From: Klebsormidium nitens
Taxonomy: Eukaryota; Plantae; Klebsormidiophyceae
Assembly (NCBI GenBank): GCA_000708835.1
Contig: DF237180.1
Span: forward strand, 62,001 to 126,000
Direction: 5' to 3'
Length of the DNA: 64,000 nucleotides
In this document: piece by piece, positions 1-12,500 of the stretch
Layout: each line of letters starts with the position of its first letter
Numbering within the stretch: position 1 is the first letter of the stretch
The notes under the pieces: model-generated
Seen by the model: only the letters and a program-made list of their open reading frames with translations
What the model was told of the DNA's origin: nothing
Databases searched by the model: none
Program-made: the position numbers and the translations under genes

Positions 1-379
1 TTGTACGTTCAAGTTCCTCGACATTTTTTCGTGCCTTGTACGGCGCAAAGAAGATCTAGGCCTAAATACACGCTCTGCTCGCGGTTCAAGTTCAACACTT
101 TCTTCCTCTGACCGATGTTCACCTTTGACGTCGTCTGCAAATTGACTTCGTTCGTTTCGTCGTCAGTTGCTCTCCTATTCGCAATCGCACAACTTTATCC
201 CCGTCTTCTTTTCTGATTACTGACTCGGCCTCTTTCCCGCAACCCCCTGGCCGGTTGAACCTCTGGGTGCTGGGGTTTCACCTGGGTTTTCCTCTTACTA
301 CCACCCGCGCCCATTGACTAGGATCTCGCAGTTGACTCGGTCCTTGCACCGCTTGTTCTTTCCATCCCCTCGGTAATTT

Positions 380-1112
380 GGACGTTGTTGGTACACCAGT
401 GCAAAGTCTTGGGGAATTTTGCTCTTCCGCCCATCTGAACTCGTTCTTTAGACTTGTCGACTGTTTCTGGCTCTTGACTCACCCTTTCCCCGCAGGCTGG
501 ACGACTTCGAGTGCAGTCTGTGCTGAGAGTTACGTCCACGATGTCCGCGCTCGTCAGGAGACATGTAGACGGATCTACGCTCTCCTTGCAACCTGTCCCC
601 TTACACTTTGGACGAATGCGGATGGAGTCTGTCCGTTTATCTTTCGAATGTGATCCCACTCCGCCATCACAGATGTCAGTGCCGATGACCTTTTGACCGA
701 CTCCACTAACATTGCCCCTGCAGGCTGGACGACTTTAGTTACAGTTTGTGCTGGGGTCTCATTCAAGGTTTCTACTCGTGTCAAAATATTCGCATGACTG
801 AACACTTGTTTTCTTTCAACTCTTTCCCCTCAGGTCGGACGTCTTCATGTACAGGCTGTGCGCCGAATTTCCTTGAGTTGACACGCAGATATTGACTTGG
901 CCGCTCAGATGATGGCGTTTCAAAACTGACTCTTGGTTTGACTCCAAACAACACTTCCCCCTCGCAGGTGGACGACTTCGGGTACAGTCTGTGCGTTGAT
1001 CTTGCAAAGGTTTCCTCTCCGCGACACTCATAATTCCGTATCCTTGGTCTTGAACTGACTCTACCAATAAATTCCCTGCAGGCTGGACGACTTTGGGTAC
1101 AGCCTGTGCTGG
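380..1112 (+). repeat. Degenerate ~114-bp tandem array, each unit = polypyrimidine tract + CAG acceptor + first ~30 nt of the 1082 exon
   Basis: The core CAG|GCTGGACGACTTYRRGTRCAGYYTGTGC recurs with the AG ending at 495, 723, 833, 967 and 1081. More decayed copies without AG lie near 380 and 608. Confidence 0.85.
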
Positions 1113-3510
1113 GAGGACCACGTGGTGGTGTCGGGGCGGTCCTTCTACCTGCCCGGCTCGCTCGATAAAGCAACGGAGGCTAACCTGGACCAGTGGAACA
1201 AGGTCACGCCGCCGCTGTACCTCTGGAGCCACAACGCCTTCTTCGACAAGCACATGCAAATTGCGCAGGCCAATGGGCATAACAGCATCTTCGACCCGTT
1301 GCAGGTAAGGTTCGGGTTCCTTGTGTGGACAGTCGATGTTCGATTGTTGGGGGTTACAGAAGTACGCCTCTGGTGCAGGGTCCTGGATTGGCTTGGGGGA
1401 GTTGCTGTGATCTAACTGCCGTTGACATTCTTCATGACAAGAGCGCTCCTCAGGGCAGATGTAAGACTAGGAAACCCTCATGACGACGCTGCTCTGAAAC
1501 CCGCTTTCGGAAACGGACGAATCTCGTTGCTTCCAAAGGAGCCGTCACACTGCTCGCTTAAAAACGCGGCATCCGTTGACTTCTACTTTTCAAACGTAGC
1601 CGTTCGTCACTTTTTCCTCGATCGCACACCGCAATGACCCGCCTACTAGCCGCCGCCGCAAATGCTGGTTTTCTAAGCTACCCACCCTCCATTCACCACG
1701 GACTTTCCCATACGTTTCAACACTATCCTTCCTCTGGCTGACTCTCTTTCCGGTTTTCTCTGCCGCAGCCGCCCGCTCCAGGGACCAACCCCGCCTGGGA
1801 GCTGCAGCAGGCGCAGCAGCAGGCCTTCTTCCACCAGCAGCAAATGCAGGCGCTTCAGCCTCAGTGGGGGCCGTTCCCCGGCGTCCTCCAGCCCCCCCCC
1901 TTCGCTCCTGTGCCCGGCGCCCCCCGCCACCCGGCTTCCAACCGGGGGCTACGGAGGGCCGCAGTTCGAGCCGCCCCCCCTCAGTTGCCCGCCGGGGCGA
2001 ACCCCCTCGAACTGCGCATGGCGGCGGACCAGGCGCGGGCGGCGGTGCAGGCGGAGACGGACGCGCAGCTGCAGGCGCTGCGGCGGACGCTGGATGACGC
2101 GCTGGCGGAGATTCAGCAGTGCCAGACCACCAGGTAAGAGCGAAGAGTCTTTACATGAGCGCGACGGTTCTTTTGTTCGAGTTGAGAACCGGGGTTGAGT
2201 CTTGAAGCGAGCTGGGAGCTGCTTTCGTCTCATCCCCGGGAACTTCGCTGCGCCTTCATTCCCGATTTACTTACTCATTTTCTGTGCGATATGAGTTCGG
2301 CGCAACATGTAAGTCCTTGTCGGCAGGTGCTGGGCCGCCTGCAAACCTCGCTTTCTCCTTGTCTGTACAGAGAAAGTTCTCCAAAAAGCTTGGCGTTCTG
2401 ACAGGAAGTTGGAAGTTGTTCTCTGATGCGGAACCCCTTTGAGCGCTTCCCTAGCGACGAGACTAATCAGATGCAGCCCGGAAAGTACGTTAAACGCATG
2501 CAAAGTTTCGTATAAGTTCGCCTGCATCCAAAACGTCTTCGTCAGAGTCGACTAGCTGCTACACCGTCAATCAAGCCTCTTCTTGACCCGAACGTACGGT
2601 TGGTTGCAGGCAAGCCTGGCTGTTGCGCTTCTACGAGCTCAAGGCCGAGAACGCGCGGCTTAAGGCCGAGCTGGAAGAGCAGGGCGCGCGGATCCGGGGC
2701 TGTAAGGAGCGGAGCCAGGCGTATTTCAGCGAGGGAAACATTCCGTTGCAGATCCAGTGCGATGCAGAGTTGATCGGGCTGCAAAACCACTGGCACGCGG
2801 TGGAGAGCGAGATCAACGAATCCGAGGCGAACGGTGTGCCCGTGTACGAGACGCTCACGGGCTTCGACGGCCGGGTGAAGGAACTAGAGGCGCGGATCAA
2901 GGAGGCGGAACTAGAGATGGAGAGAGTGGCGGCCCGGCAGCGGGAGCAGCTGGCGGCGCTGGAGCAGCACGCGCACCACTTCGGGGGGCCTATTCACATC
3001 GATGGGGGCCACGGCCACGGGGGGCGATTTGGCGGCGACGGCGGACACGGGCATGGGGGAGGCATGCCCCCCCACGGCGGATACCTGCACGGGCGTCCGG
3101 AGAGCGCGTACGGCGCCGACCGTCCGCACCTCCGGGAGGAGCATCGACGGGAGCGGCGCGAGGCAGGCGCCCCATACCGGAACAACGGGGACCGTCGGCA
3201 ACGGCCTTCGTCTCAAGAGACCGGGCGGAAGAATTGGGCGACGAGACCGGCAACCCGGGGGCGGGGCAGAGGGCCGGGTGGGGGCGCTGGAAGGGGCTCG
3301 GGCTGGGCAGACCATGGAGTCGACTCGATAGGGCCGATCGAGAGGGGTGAGCCGTTGATGCCGATGGACGGGCAGTGGCGGGAGAACGAGGTCAGGCCGG
3401 ACTTCTTCGGACAAGCGTTGCCACCTCCGCCGCCCTTTGTCCCTCCCGAGGCTGAGTTCCAAGGATTCCCAGGCGCCCCGTTTGAGCCACCGCGACCTCC
3501 ATTCTTTTGA
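1082..3510 (+). CDS. 5'-partial multi-exon gene of unknown function (short N-terminal globular-looking exon, Gln/Pro-rich linker, coiled coil, Gly/His/Arg-rich low-complexity C-terminus)
   Basis: Exons 1082-1304 (LDDFGYSLCWEDHVVVSGRSFYLPG...DPLQ, donor GTAAGG), 1769-2133 (PPAPGTNPAWELQQ...QTT, donor GTAAGA) and 2610-3510 (RQAWLLRFYELK...PPFF*). Phases 0 and 2 join in frame, giving 1489 nt = 1+496 codons. No start codon was found, so upstream exons probably lie outside the window. No family recognised. Confidence 0.7.
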
Positions 3511-3548
3511 CCAACGGGACACGGGGGTGTGTAAGTTGGTTGTACCAT

Positions 3549-3676
3549 GTCAGAGTGTTTGAGCCGAACTGCGTAGCCTAAATCCTGTTTCATAAGAGGC
3601 AGTCAGTGTGTCAAGCGAACCATCTCGTGTAGCCCAGATCCTGTTTCATAAAGCTAGTTAGTGTGTTCAAGACGAA
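3549..3676. repeat. ~56-bp imperfect tandem repeat (about 2.4 copies) just downstream of the gene 1 stop
   Basis: GTAGCCTAAATCCTGTTTCATAAGAGGCAGTCAGTGTGTCAAG (3573) vs GTAGCCCAGATCCTGTTTCATAAAGCTAGTTAGTGTGTTCAAG (3629); a partial tail copy is at 3549. Confidence 0.75.
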
Positions 3677-6503
3677 GAAGCTTAATTCTGTTGGATTCAG
3701 GGCGCCTTTCAAGTACGACCGAGGGGATGTGCAAGCATACAGCAGCTGCTGGCGACATAGGGATATCTTAAAAAGGAGCTTTGAAGTAGAAGGGTTCTTG
3801 TCACATTAACATGTCGGCCAACTGTTGACCGGCATTTGTGGTCACTAAGCGAAGATTGCGAGATTGGAAGTTGTACAAAAGTACATGATTCTGATGCTGG
3901 TGCTCGCGGACATGAGCGCAATTGCTGATAGGTAATGTCAAACGAAATGTGCTTGCTGACGTCCTGAACTCGATACAAGATTGCGCGCATGAAAACATCC
4001 ATTGTATCATTGGAATGAGTATGTTTCCAAGGATGACATGCTGATTGCACATTTGAAGTTGAGCGCAGCCATGCATGAGCCGGGTCCAAAGGAACACATG
4101 TGACATTGTGCAGCTCTGCATGCTAATGCAATGCGAGCTCCTGGCTGGACCATACTAGCTATAGGATATGCAGATTAGTCGAACTTGCGATATACCTAAA
4201 GCATGCGCGATCTGCTATCATGCATCATGTGCAAATGCTACTACCATTATGTACGCCTGTCCCCCGCGAGCCGTGGAAGGCATGTGTTGATTATACACGG
4301 ATTATACACTCATGTGTAAATCCTTCAATGTTGGCAGGCACATGAGACAATCAACGAGAGAATCTGAAATTCTAGGTCGATTTGAACGTGCGCAGAAGCT
4401 CTAGTTCTCTACAGCACAGCCTACCCGTGCAGGCTTGCTGCAAGCGTGTGTCTGGATGCAGTACTTCCCGTAGTGCAAGTTTGAAGCTGAAGCGCGCCAA
4501 TGACTAGTTGACTCCAGACTCTCGAGTCTTGGGAAAAATTCGGACCACTGCAAAGTACTCTCCGAAACAATGATGTGAATGAACATAGTTTAGACCTCTG
4601 GTTCCACTGGGCTTTAGACACGGGTTCGACGTGTCCATCGAAATACGGTAACTGGATCGATACGCCTTTTGCCCTTCTCTCGCGGTCAGAAACATTTTGA
4701 TCCACACCTGTCGAGTCGAGTAGTCCCGCTAACCCTACCTTGTAACCCTCTTCTAGTGGTAATTCACATGCTGCCTAATTCCTCCTTGCTGGACTCGGCT
4801 CCGCTTTCGCAAGCTGAAATGAAGGGCTTTTGGAAGAGGGCAGCAAGCTCTGACTAGGGCTTCCATGTGAATTGCTCACGTGTAGTGCTTCTCTTGAGAA
4901 GCTATCCTACCTTTGCACCTTCGAGTGTTGGCAGGACCCACAACTTGTCTGATGATTGAGAATGTTGAGGGCATAGGGTCTGCAATCGGCGACAATCAAC
5001 TTTGTGCGGAGCTTCCTTGAAATGTAGGTACCGCTGATGGGACACAATTGGACTGCACATGCTTAGTTGTGTTGGAGCCACACCGAGAGTAGCAGATTGC
5101 ACTGACGGCAAGAGCACACGAGCCCTGACTGCAAAAGAGGACAACTGGAGCCGTGCGGGGGGCACTCGACAGCTGTTGCTGGGTTTGGTCCAATCAAGGC
5201 ATGCAGCCATCTCTCAGCCATCTCTTTTGTGCTCGACTGCTGCTTTTGGTAATGCTTGTGGGAAGGATTGAGCCGCCGGCTGTGCATTTATCGGAAATTT
5301 TACCCTTCTACAGTGAAGCAGGGAGATACGTTCCTGTACTAATGCACACACCTCATAGAAGCATTCATTTGCTGTACACCTTTTGTGTGGCACTCCGTGT
5401 GCTTCTGTGGGGCAGGACGAACGTTGCTCTAATCCCGGATATACTTTTTGTGTCCGTGGTACGCCGTGCTTTGCCACGCTGATCATAAACCAAGCCCCAT
5501 TTTTCCGCTGTCTTCCCGTAGTTCGATTTCAGAGCGTTAGAGTGCTTGTGCAGGTGTCTAGGGTTTCGTTGGAGGTGCATTCAGGCTGCACTCAAGGACG
5601 AACGAGACGTTTCAGGAGGTCACGGTGGGGCTTACCTCCTTGCTCACAACCCTAAAAGTTGCGACTGCTGCCGTGAGCTGTCACATCCGGTTCTGCCGCT
5701 GTCCCTGCATTGGGGAAGCAAGCAAACCTAATCGTTGCTTTGGGATCTAGCCCTTCCACACCCCTGGGCTCTGGCGAAATCGTCTATTATATCAAAGGAT
5801 CAACAGACTTTTCATCTTTCAATTCATCGTCCTTCCCCAACATGCCCGGTTTTGTTGTGTCGCTCTGTGATTAGAAGTGTGCATTCACAGTATTCAACGA
5901 AAGCAATTGCATTCCGTAGCTAGATTTGGTTCTGCACGATAGCCTCCCAGGGTGGGTTTGTCATCCAAGGGCTTGCCTTGAAAATCGACATTCTGTGTTT
6001 CATGGACAGCTTTGCCTTATGTACGTTTTAGGGTTCTGCTCGGTAGGAAATCTGCTCAATTCTTGTGTTCCTTCCGGCATTCGAGTATTTGGAGCACATG
6101 CCCCCAGGACGTTGTTCGTCAAGGGCTCTGAACTTTGAGCAAGCAGGGAAAACTTTTCAAATAAAACTTTGTTTTTCATATCCCATGCTCCATCTACTCC
6201 TTCTAAGCAGCATTCTTTCCTTTTTAGGTCCCATCCGCGAAGTATATTGAAAGTAGATCATCGCATCCTGCTGTCGAAAACCTAGTCTTTTTGTTGCACC
6301 CAGTTGAAGTTTGAAGTAGGCTTGTCAACATATTCAAAAACGTCTTCATTGCTTCATCTTGTCCGGTACTGTAAAGGAGACAAAGGCTGGTGAGCGTTAT
6401 CTACCAAGAGAAGCTTCTAACCGCTCCTTTCTGTCTTGTCAGGCGCCCTTTCACGCCGTCAGATTGGATGCTGATGGTATCTCCTTAGAGAAGGAGCGCC
6501 AGT

Positions 6504-9500
6504 ATGTCAGCCGAGGCTGCTGGTAGGTTTGCGCTGTTTCTTTTTTCTTGATCGTCCTTCAAATCCGGCTCTGCTTTGAGGCTTTGCCTGAACAGGTTCT
6601 GTTTCCATTTAAGGCTGTCGGAGACTTATTCCAAAAGAATCTAGTATTCAGGCGTGTCGATCTTCCTCAGATATCTGCAATTCAAAGCCTGCTTACCTTT
6701 CGTGAGAACAATGTTCATCCTTGTCGGTTTCGACAAAATGTATGAAAATACTTGTTGAGTTTCGACACTTCAAAGTCATTGGAACGTCAGGCATGGTATT
6801 TATTCACTTCATTAGTTTTCAGTGAAAGCAGCCCTAATATCGTTAGAAACCGTGTCAACTTTTACTTGCTTTCCGCCTCTGTCTGGCTGTGTTGAATGGA
6901 AAAACGCTGGTTCCTTCTTCTCCTAGAAACGATTTGCAAGGGGTTTTAGCCGTCAAAATTAGAATTTAGAGACAGCTCAGGTCTGACTACAGCAGTCAGG
7001 TTTGCACCCTTGATTGGTTGTCCACACTTCATTGCAGACCCCCCAAGCCTCCCCTCTGTCTCCCAAGATCCTGATTTACACCAAGGAGGTGGCAACCTCG
7101 CTGCCAACCCTTCAGACCTGGGAGTGACGGGTGTGAATAAGGGCAATGAGACTCTAGCGGTATCGTGGGAGCGGGTCAACGAAGCTCCAGCTTCTCCAGG
7201 GACTGTGGCCATTCGCACTGTCGAAGAGGAACTCAGGTGAATGGATGGCTGCCTGCCGGCGGTTTAAGATGCCAGCCTGTCGTGCGCTTTCCATTCTTCA
7301 ACCATTCTTTCAAACTTCACATTGTTCTATGTTGCCCTCTATCCTGACAAGTCTCACGTTATGCGGCTTACATTTGGGATTCCTGAGACAGGCCCTGGAT
7401 CGGATTTGCCTGGTCTGCACTGAAGCATTGCAAACAGAAACATTTCCAAGATGGATGTAGGACGTCCACTGACAACAAGATGTTCGCTGAAGTCATCACG
7501 GTTGAAGTCGAGTAGAGGTTGTGTACGAGCTGTGTAATACAAGGAGCATATATTGAAGGACTCGAATCTGCTCACTTCCATAAGTTCAGAAGATGCTAAA
7601 CCCCAGACACTGGTTTCGGTTTTTCAGCTCTTTAGCTTCACCTTTTGCAGCATCTTTCATCTTGCTTCTGTTGACACGTTTCTTTTATGCCGTTGGCAGA
7701 ATTGTTACGCAATTTGCTCATGCTTTCATTTTCTGATAGCGAGTTGCCGGTTGGTCTTGGTGTCTTACTTGGTAGAAAGATCTGGGCCTGTCAGATACAA
7801 TCTACTGAAGTTGGGCCTTTCTTGGAGGTATACAACCTCCCCCTGGTGGTAGATAAGCGGCTTTGAATATGTCCTCGGAAGTTGAACTTTCCTCTGGGAA
7901 CCTGAGGAGTTTTTGTGGATTTGTTTTCCACTCTGTCCGACCATCTTTCGTACACCTTTCAGTGATTGAGCAGATCATGTCCGCAGCAACAATTGCAATT
8001 GATCGGGCTTGCGGGTGAACAAGGTGCCAGTCTTGCAGGCTTACAAAAGCTGCCGAAATCTTCGTACTGACCCCCCTCTGACCATCTCTTTCAGGCAAGA
8101 GTTTGCTGCCCTGAACGAGCAGCGCCGGGAGCTTGAGTTCCTGGAACGGGGGGGCAACCTCCTCGACTTCGACTTCACCCCCCTTCCCTCGACGAACGGC
8201 ATCATCCACAAGCACCCCCCCATTCCGGCGGCCGCGGAACACAAAGAGAAGGCCGGTTTGCACCCCCGAAATGGAGAGACTCTGGCGAGCGAGCGGGACG
8301 GGAGTCGGACAGCCAGCACGAGCGGGCAGGAAAACAGGGTGTTTGCGAATGGTCTCTGGAGGGGGCAGGGCGTGGTTTCGCGGGACAGCACCAGTCCGGA
8401 GAGGTTGAGAAGCGCCTTAGAACTAGGCGCGACAGGTCTCAGCGCGTGGGGAGGCGGAGATCTGGAGCCTGGAAAGAAGGAGGGGATCGGGGTACTGCCA
8501 AACGGATTACTGGCGTCAGCTGCAGAGGCGCTGATGTCAGCGGGCACTCGGGCAGGCTCGGTGGGCCTCTCCGAGACCACAAACGGGAGCCACGTGACAG
8601 GAGGTTATCCAAGCGACGTTGCGATGCTTGACGTCAGCATGGTCCCGCTGACGTCACCCGTGCCTCCAGGGGCTGATCTCGCGTTTGTAAAGCTCCCAGG
8701 GGACGAAGTGCTCCCTCAGGTTCCGGCGCTGACGTCATCGCCGATTCTCGACCCCCTTCCCGCCTCCGTAGCCCCCCCTCAAGTCGCAATTCTGCCCCTC
8801 CCAGCTGAGCTGAATAAAATGCCCCTAGAACCCCCCCCAGAAGTGGCACTGGTCGTTGTTGGCACAGAACCCCCTGAAAAGAAGAGGTCGCACCATGGGG
8901 GCTCGGTAGGGGTGATGCATGGGGCACGGTTGGGGGACAAGGGCGTGCCGATGCCGTGGGAACAGACGGAGGGGGGGCTCCTGGCGAGGGAAAAGAAGAG
9001 GTTGGCGATGATCGAGAGTGCAAAGCGGGCGCACGAAGACTGCATACTGGAGGAGGCAGAGATACTCAAGGTACAGCTTTTGCATCGTTGTTCGCATTTA
9101 GAAGAGCATCAATACTGAAGACGTTCAAGCAGCCTTTCGGTATTCTTAGTTTTCGAGCGAGCAAGAAGATCCCGGATCCAGGGTTCATGAAACTTGTCGA
9201 TTCGAAGTATATCAGAGTTCAGGAACTGAGAACCGCGGGCTTGGAGAATTATATACTTGGAAGAGCCACTTCTGGAAGGTGTTAACCATATTTGCTGACG
9301 TTCCGAACCTGCAAAACAATGGGTCAACAACCAATAAGGAATCTCAGTGTGAAATCCCAGCTTGAACGTTTTGCTTTCCGATGAAATACCAACATCGTGA
9401 CAAGCTGATCTGAACTGAGTGCGTCTTCATCTAGTAACATTTCAACTTCACTCCGCACACTTAGAGACCTGACAGACGACCTGATAGAGATAGTGTGTCG

Positions 9501-12500
9501 GTGCAACTCGATTGCCCGGTCTTAGCTGGTTGAGCATCAAACGCGGATGAGCGAACGTTGATACCAAGCTCTCAGAGTCTCTGCTCCTTGGTCAGGCTGC
9601 TCGAAAAGCAAACCTCGAGATCTCGCGGCGGAAGCCAGCAGCGGAGCCCCCCCGGTTCAAGACCCACTGGGACTACGTGCTGGAGGAGATGACATGGATG
9701 GCCAACGACTTCCAGCAGGTAAAACCCACTCGAATCCCTGGGAAAGCTGTTGGCATCATCTTGATTGTACCTATAGTCTCCGCTGGTCCAGGCTGGTTCC
9801 AGACAGTAAGCATCAGGTTCGCAATGGGGAGTCTCAAAGAGTTGGTGATTCTTTCCGTTCTCGTTGACTGTCACGCAGCGTTTGAAATGACTACTGCTGC
9901 TTTGTAGTCGTGTTCGGGTTGCTGCTGCTTTGAGCACTTGCAAGCAGCAAATGAGACGCTCCTTTTCGGCTTCCCTTCTCAGGAGCGAGTATGGAAGACG
10001 ACGGCAGCCGCGAGCGTGGCCGGCTGGGTGCGGGACGACTTTCTCGCAAAGGCCAAGCCCACAGAGGACCGCGAGGAGCTACGCAGGATCGTGGCGCGAA
10101 GGGCAGCCGAGGCGGTCTCGGGCTTTTGGTACGGTGTAAAAAGGCTCGACGATGATAAGGCCGGAGAACTAGAGGGGGGGTCAAAAGACGTGCAAGCCGA
10201 GGGAGCGAGGCCGGGGGTCAGCTTGGAGTCACAGGGGTCTGGTGCCAGGAACAAGAGCGGACGGCTGAAAGGCAGGGAAGTGACGTCACCTGGGAAGGGG
10301 GAAACAGTGGAGAAGCCGATGAGTGGGGCGGGGCATGCGGGGGTGCTGAAAGAGGACGGGCTGCCGACGGGGGTGAATCCGGACGGTATTGTACAGGTGT
10401 CGGTGCCGGAAGTGGGTCCGACGGAGGCGGAACGGGAAGAGGCCCCGTTGGAGGAAACGGGGTCGGTTGAGGAGTATGCGTTGCGGGTGCTTCGGGAGCA
10501 GAAGGGGCCTTCCGATGGGCCGGGGACGCCGGAGCAGGACTGGGAACGGGGGTGCGCGGTCCTAGAGGACCCGTTGATGTGGTTCGTACCGAAGGGAAGC
10601 ATGGCGGCGTACCGGGCGCTCGTGGAGCGGGAGCAGAAGGAACTAGAGGCGGAGCACGAGAAGCGCGTGCGGGAGCACGAGTCGGCGGTGGCGAGCGCGC
10701 AGCGGGAGCTGGAGGCGGAGGAAGCGACTAAGGCGATGAAAGACGCGGGGCTGAATCTCGACTTCGAGAATCAGTACGATGCTCTGAACGCGCTGAATGT
10801 TGACTTTGATGGGCTGGAAACGGCGCTCGGGGAAGGCGGTTTGGGTCTTCTGGTTGGGGACGTTGGCGTTTCGGGCGGGGGAGATATGGTCGATCCGTTG
10901 GGAGACATTCCGCTCAGTCTGCACAACGACTTCACGGTTCCGGGGATGCCGGTCGTGAATAAGAAGAAGCGAAAGAACGACCGGAAACGGAAGAAGCACC
11001 ACCGGCTGAAGGAGAGAAACGAAGACGAGTTTGGGGAGGCGCCGACGCCGTCGCAGTCAGGGAACGTGTCGGGAAGTTTGGCGGAGGATGCCGAGAACGG
11101 GCTGGACTTCAGGAACGAGTATGGGCAGAGTGCGGAGGTTTTCGAGCGGCCGGTTGTGCAGCGAGCGTCAGAGCCGACAACCAACAATAACAGTCACCCG
11201 GGGACGCCGGCCGGGTTGAATCCTACGAAGCGGAAACGGACGGACCGGGGCCGGCACGGGGTTAAGGCGGAACCCAAGGCGGTTAGCGAGGAGACTGCAA
11301 ACGGGGCGGGGGGCAGCGTCGAGCGGAAACGGGCGGACTCGGATAGCGATGACGACAATCCGATCGGGCACTTGATACGGGAAAAGAAACGAGAGCGGGG
11401 CGATCCGGATGAAACGCAGCCGTTGGCAGTGCGGATACGGAAGAAGAAGCGGAAGGACCTGAGCAAGATTGTGGACTCGCTGAGAGGGGAGTCGCCTGCA
11501 GAGGAAACTCTGGAGGCGACGAGGCTGAACAGCGGGCAGTACGCGAAGAAGCGGATACGGGTGAGGGGCCGCTCAAAAAGTTGTTGAATTCATTCGTTGG
11601 TTCTTTTCTTGGACGCAGTCCCGAAACTGGCTGGCGTTAATCGTTTGGCACAGTCCTTTTTGGACCTATACCGACGTTTCTGTTGGACCTTTCAATCAGT
11701 TCGATGTACAATGTCCTTTAAACTGGGCTCTTCAAGAAGTCGTGTTGCTGTCATCCCTGTCGATTTTTATTCAGCCCTCTGCGAGTCTAAGCCCGAGGAA
11801 TGTCGTCTGATTTGCAAGCTCCCCCAGCTCCCTGCAACGATAGTGGGGAAGAGTTCAGAGAGTTGTGCAACGGCTTGCGCCTTGGTCCATTGACTGGTCA
11901 CCAAAGAGGGCGTTCTCAGCGGCCCCTAGAGTTCGTCTGACCCCCTCCACTCGCCCAGAATATTCTTCATCGACAAATTTGTCCAGGCTTGTCACCCTTT
12001 TTCTTTTTTAACACCGCATATGCACCATTTCTCGTTTTTCCTGCTTGCAGACGAGCAACAAGCAGATCCGCATCCCGTCCGATTACGACGACAACGAGGA
12101 CTCGCCCCTCTCACTGAAGCGCCCGTTCTCCCCGTCACCCGACCCGGACCGCCCCATCTCCGCGAAAAGCAAAAAGCTCAAAAAGGGCCAGGAAAGCCCC
12201 GGGGCGTCGCTCAGGGGGGCAAAAGACCTGCCAACGGAACCCCCCGAGGACGACGACGAGCCGCTGCTCCGGCCGAACAAGAAGAAGAAGAAGAAAAAGC
12301 AGGAGGCGCCGCTGCCGCTGCAGCGGATCTCGCCCAATCAGGAAGGGGTGCACGTGCCATGGGCACCGGGAGAGGATGCGGTGAGCAGGGGCTATAGGAA
12401 TTATGTTTCACCAGCGTTTGTTTGCGGGCTTATTTTGCAGGTTCTTGGGATTGAAGTCTAGCATGTCGGCCTTGAAAGGTACTTCAATTCAAGGTTCTTG

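Noticed and set aside
380-1112. CRISPR array (regularly spaced ~30-nt conserved cores with ~80-nt spacers)
   Set aside because: Eukaryotic context with no cas genes; the core is a splice acceptor plus exon start, the spacers are mutually similar pyrimidine tracts, and the repeats are not identical or palindromic.
2757-3593. Several long overlapping or antisense ORFs (2757..3350, 2911..3522, 3213..3593)
   Set aside because: Shadow ORFs of a GC-rich exon; no independent motifs or splice signals.
4400-6400. Possible small-exon gene or TE relic between gene 1 and EAF1 (a few plausible AG/GT pairs, e.g. minus-strand TLCPQHSQSSDKLWVLPTLEGAK)
   Set aside because: I could not assemble a consistent multi-exon frame or recognise a family; left unannotated.
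9938-11587. Stand-alone 549-aa gene as given by the ORF track
   Set aside because: It is EAF1 exon 5; the donor at 11561 joins in phase to 12051 and the SANT exons.
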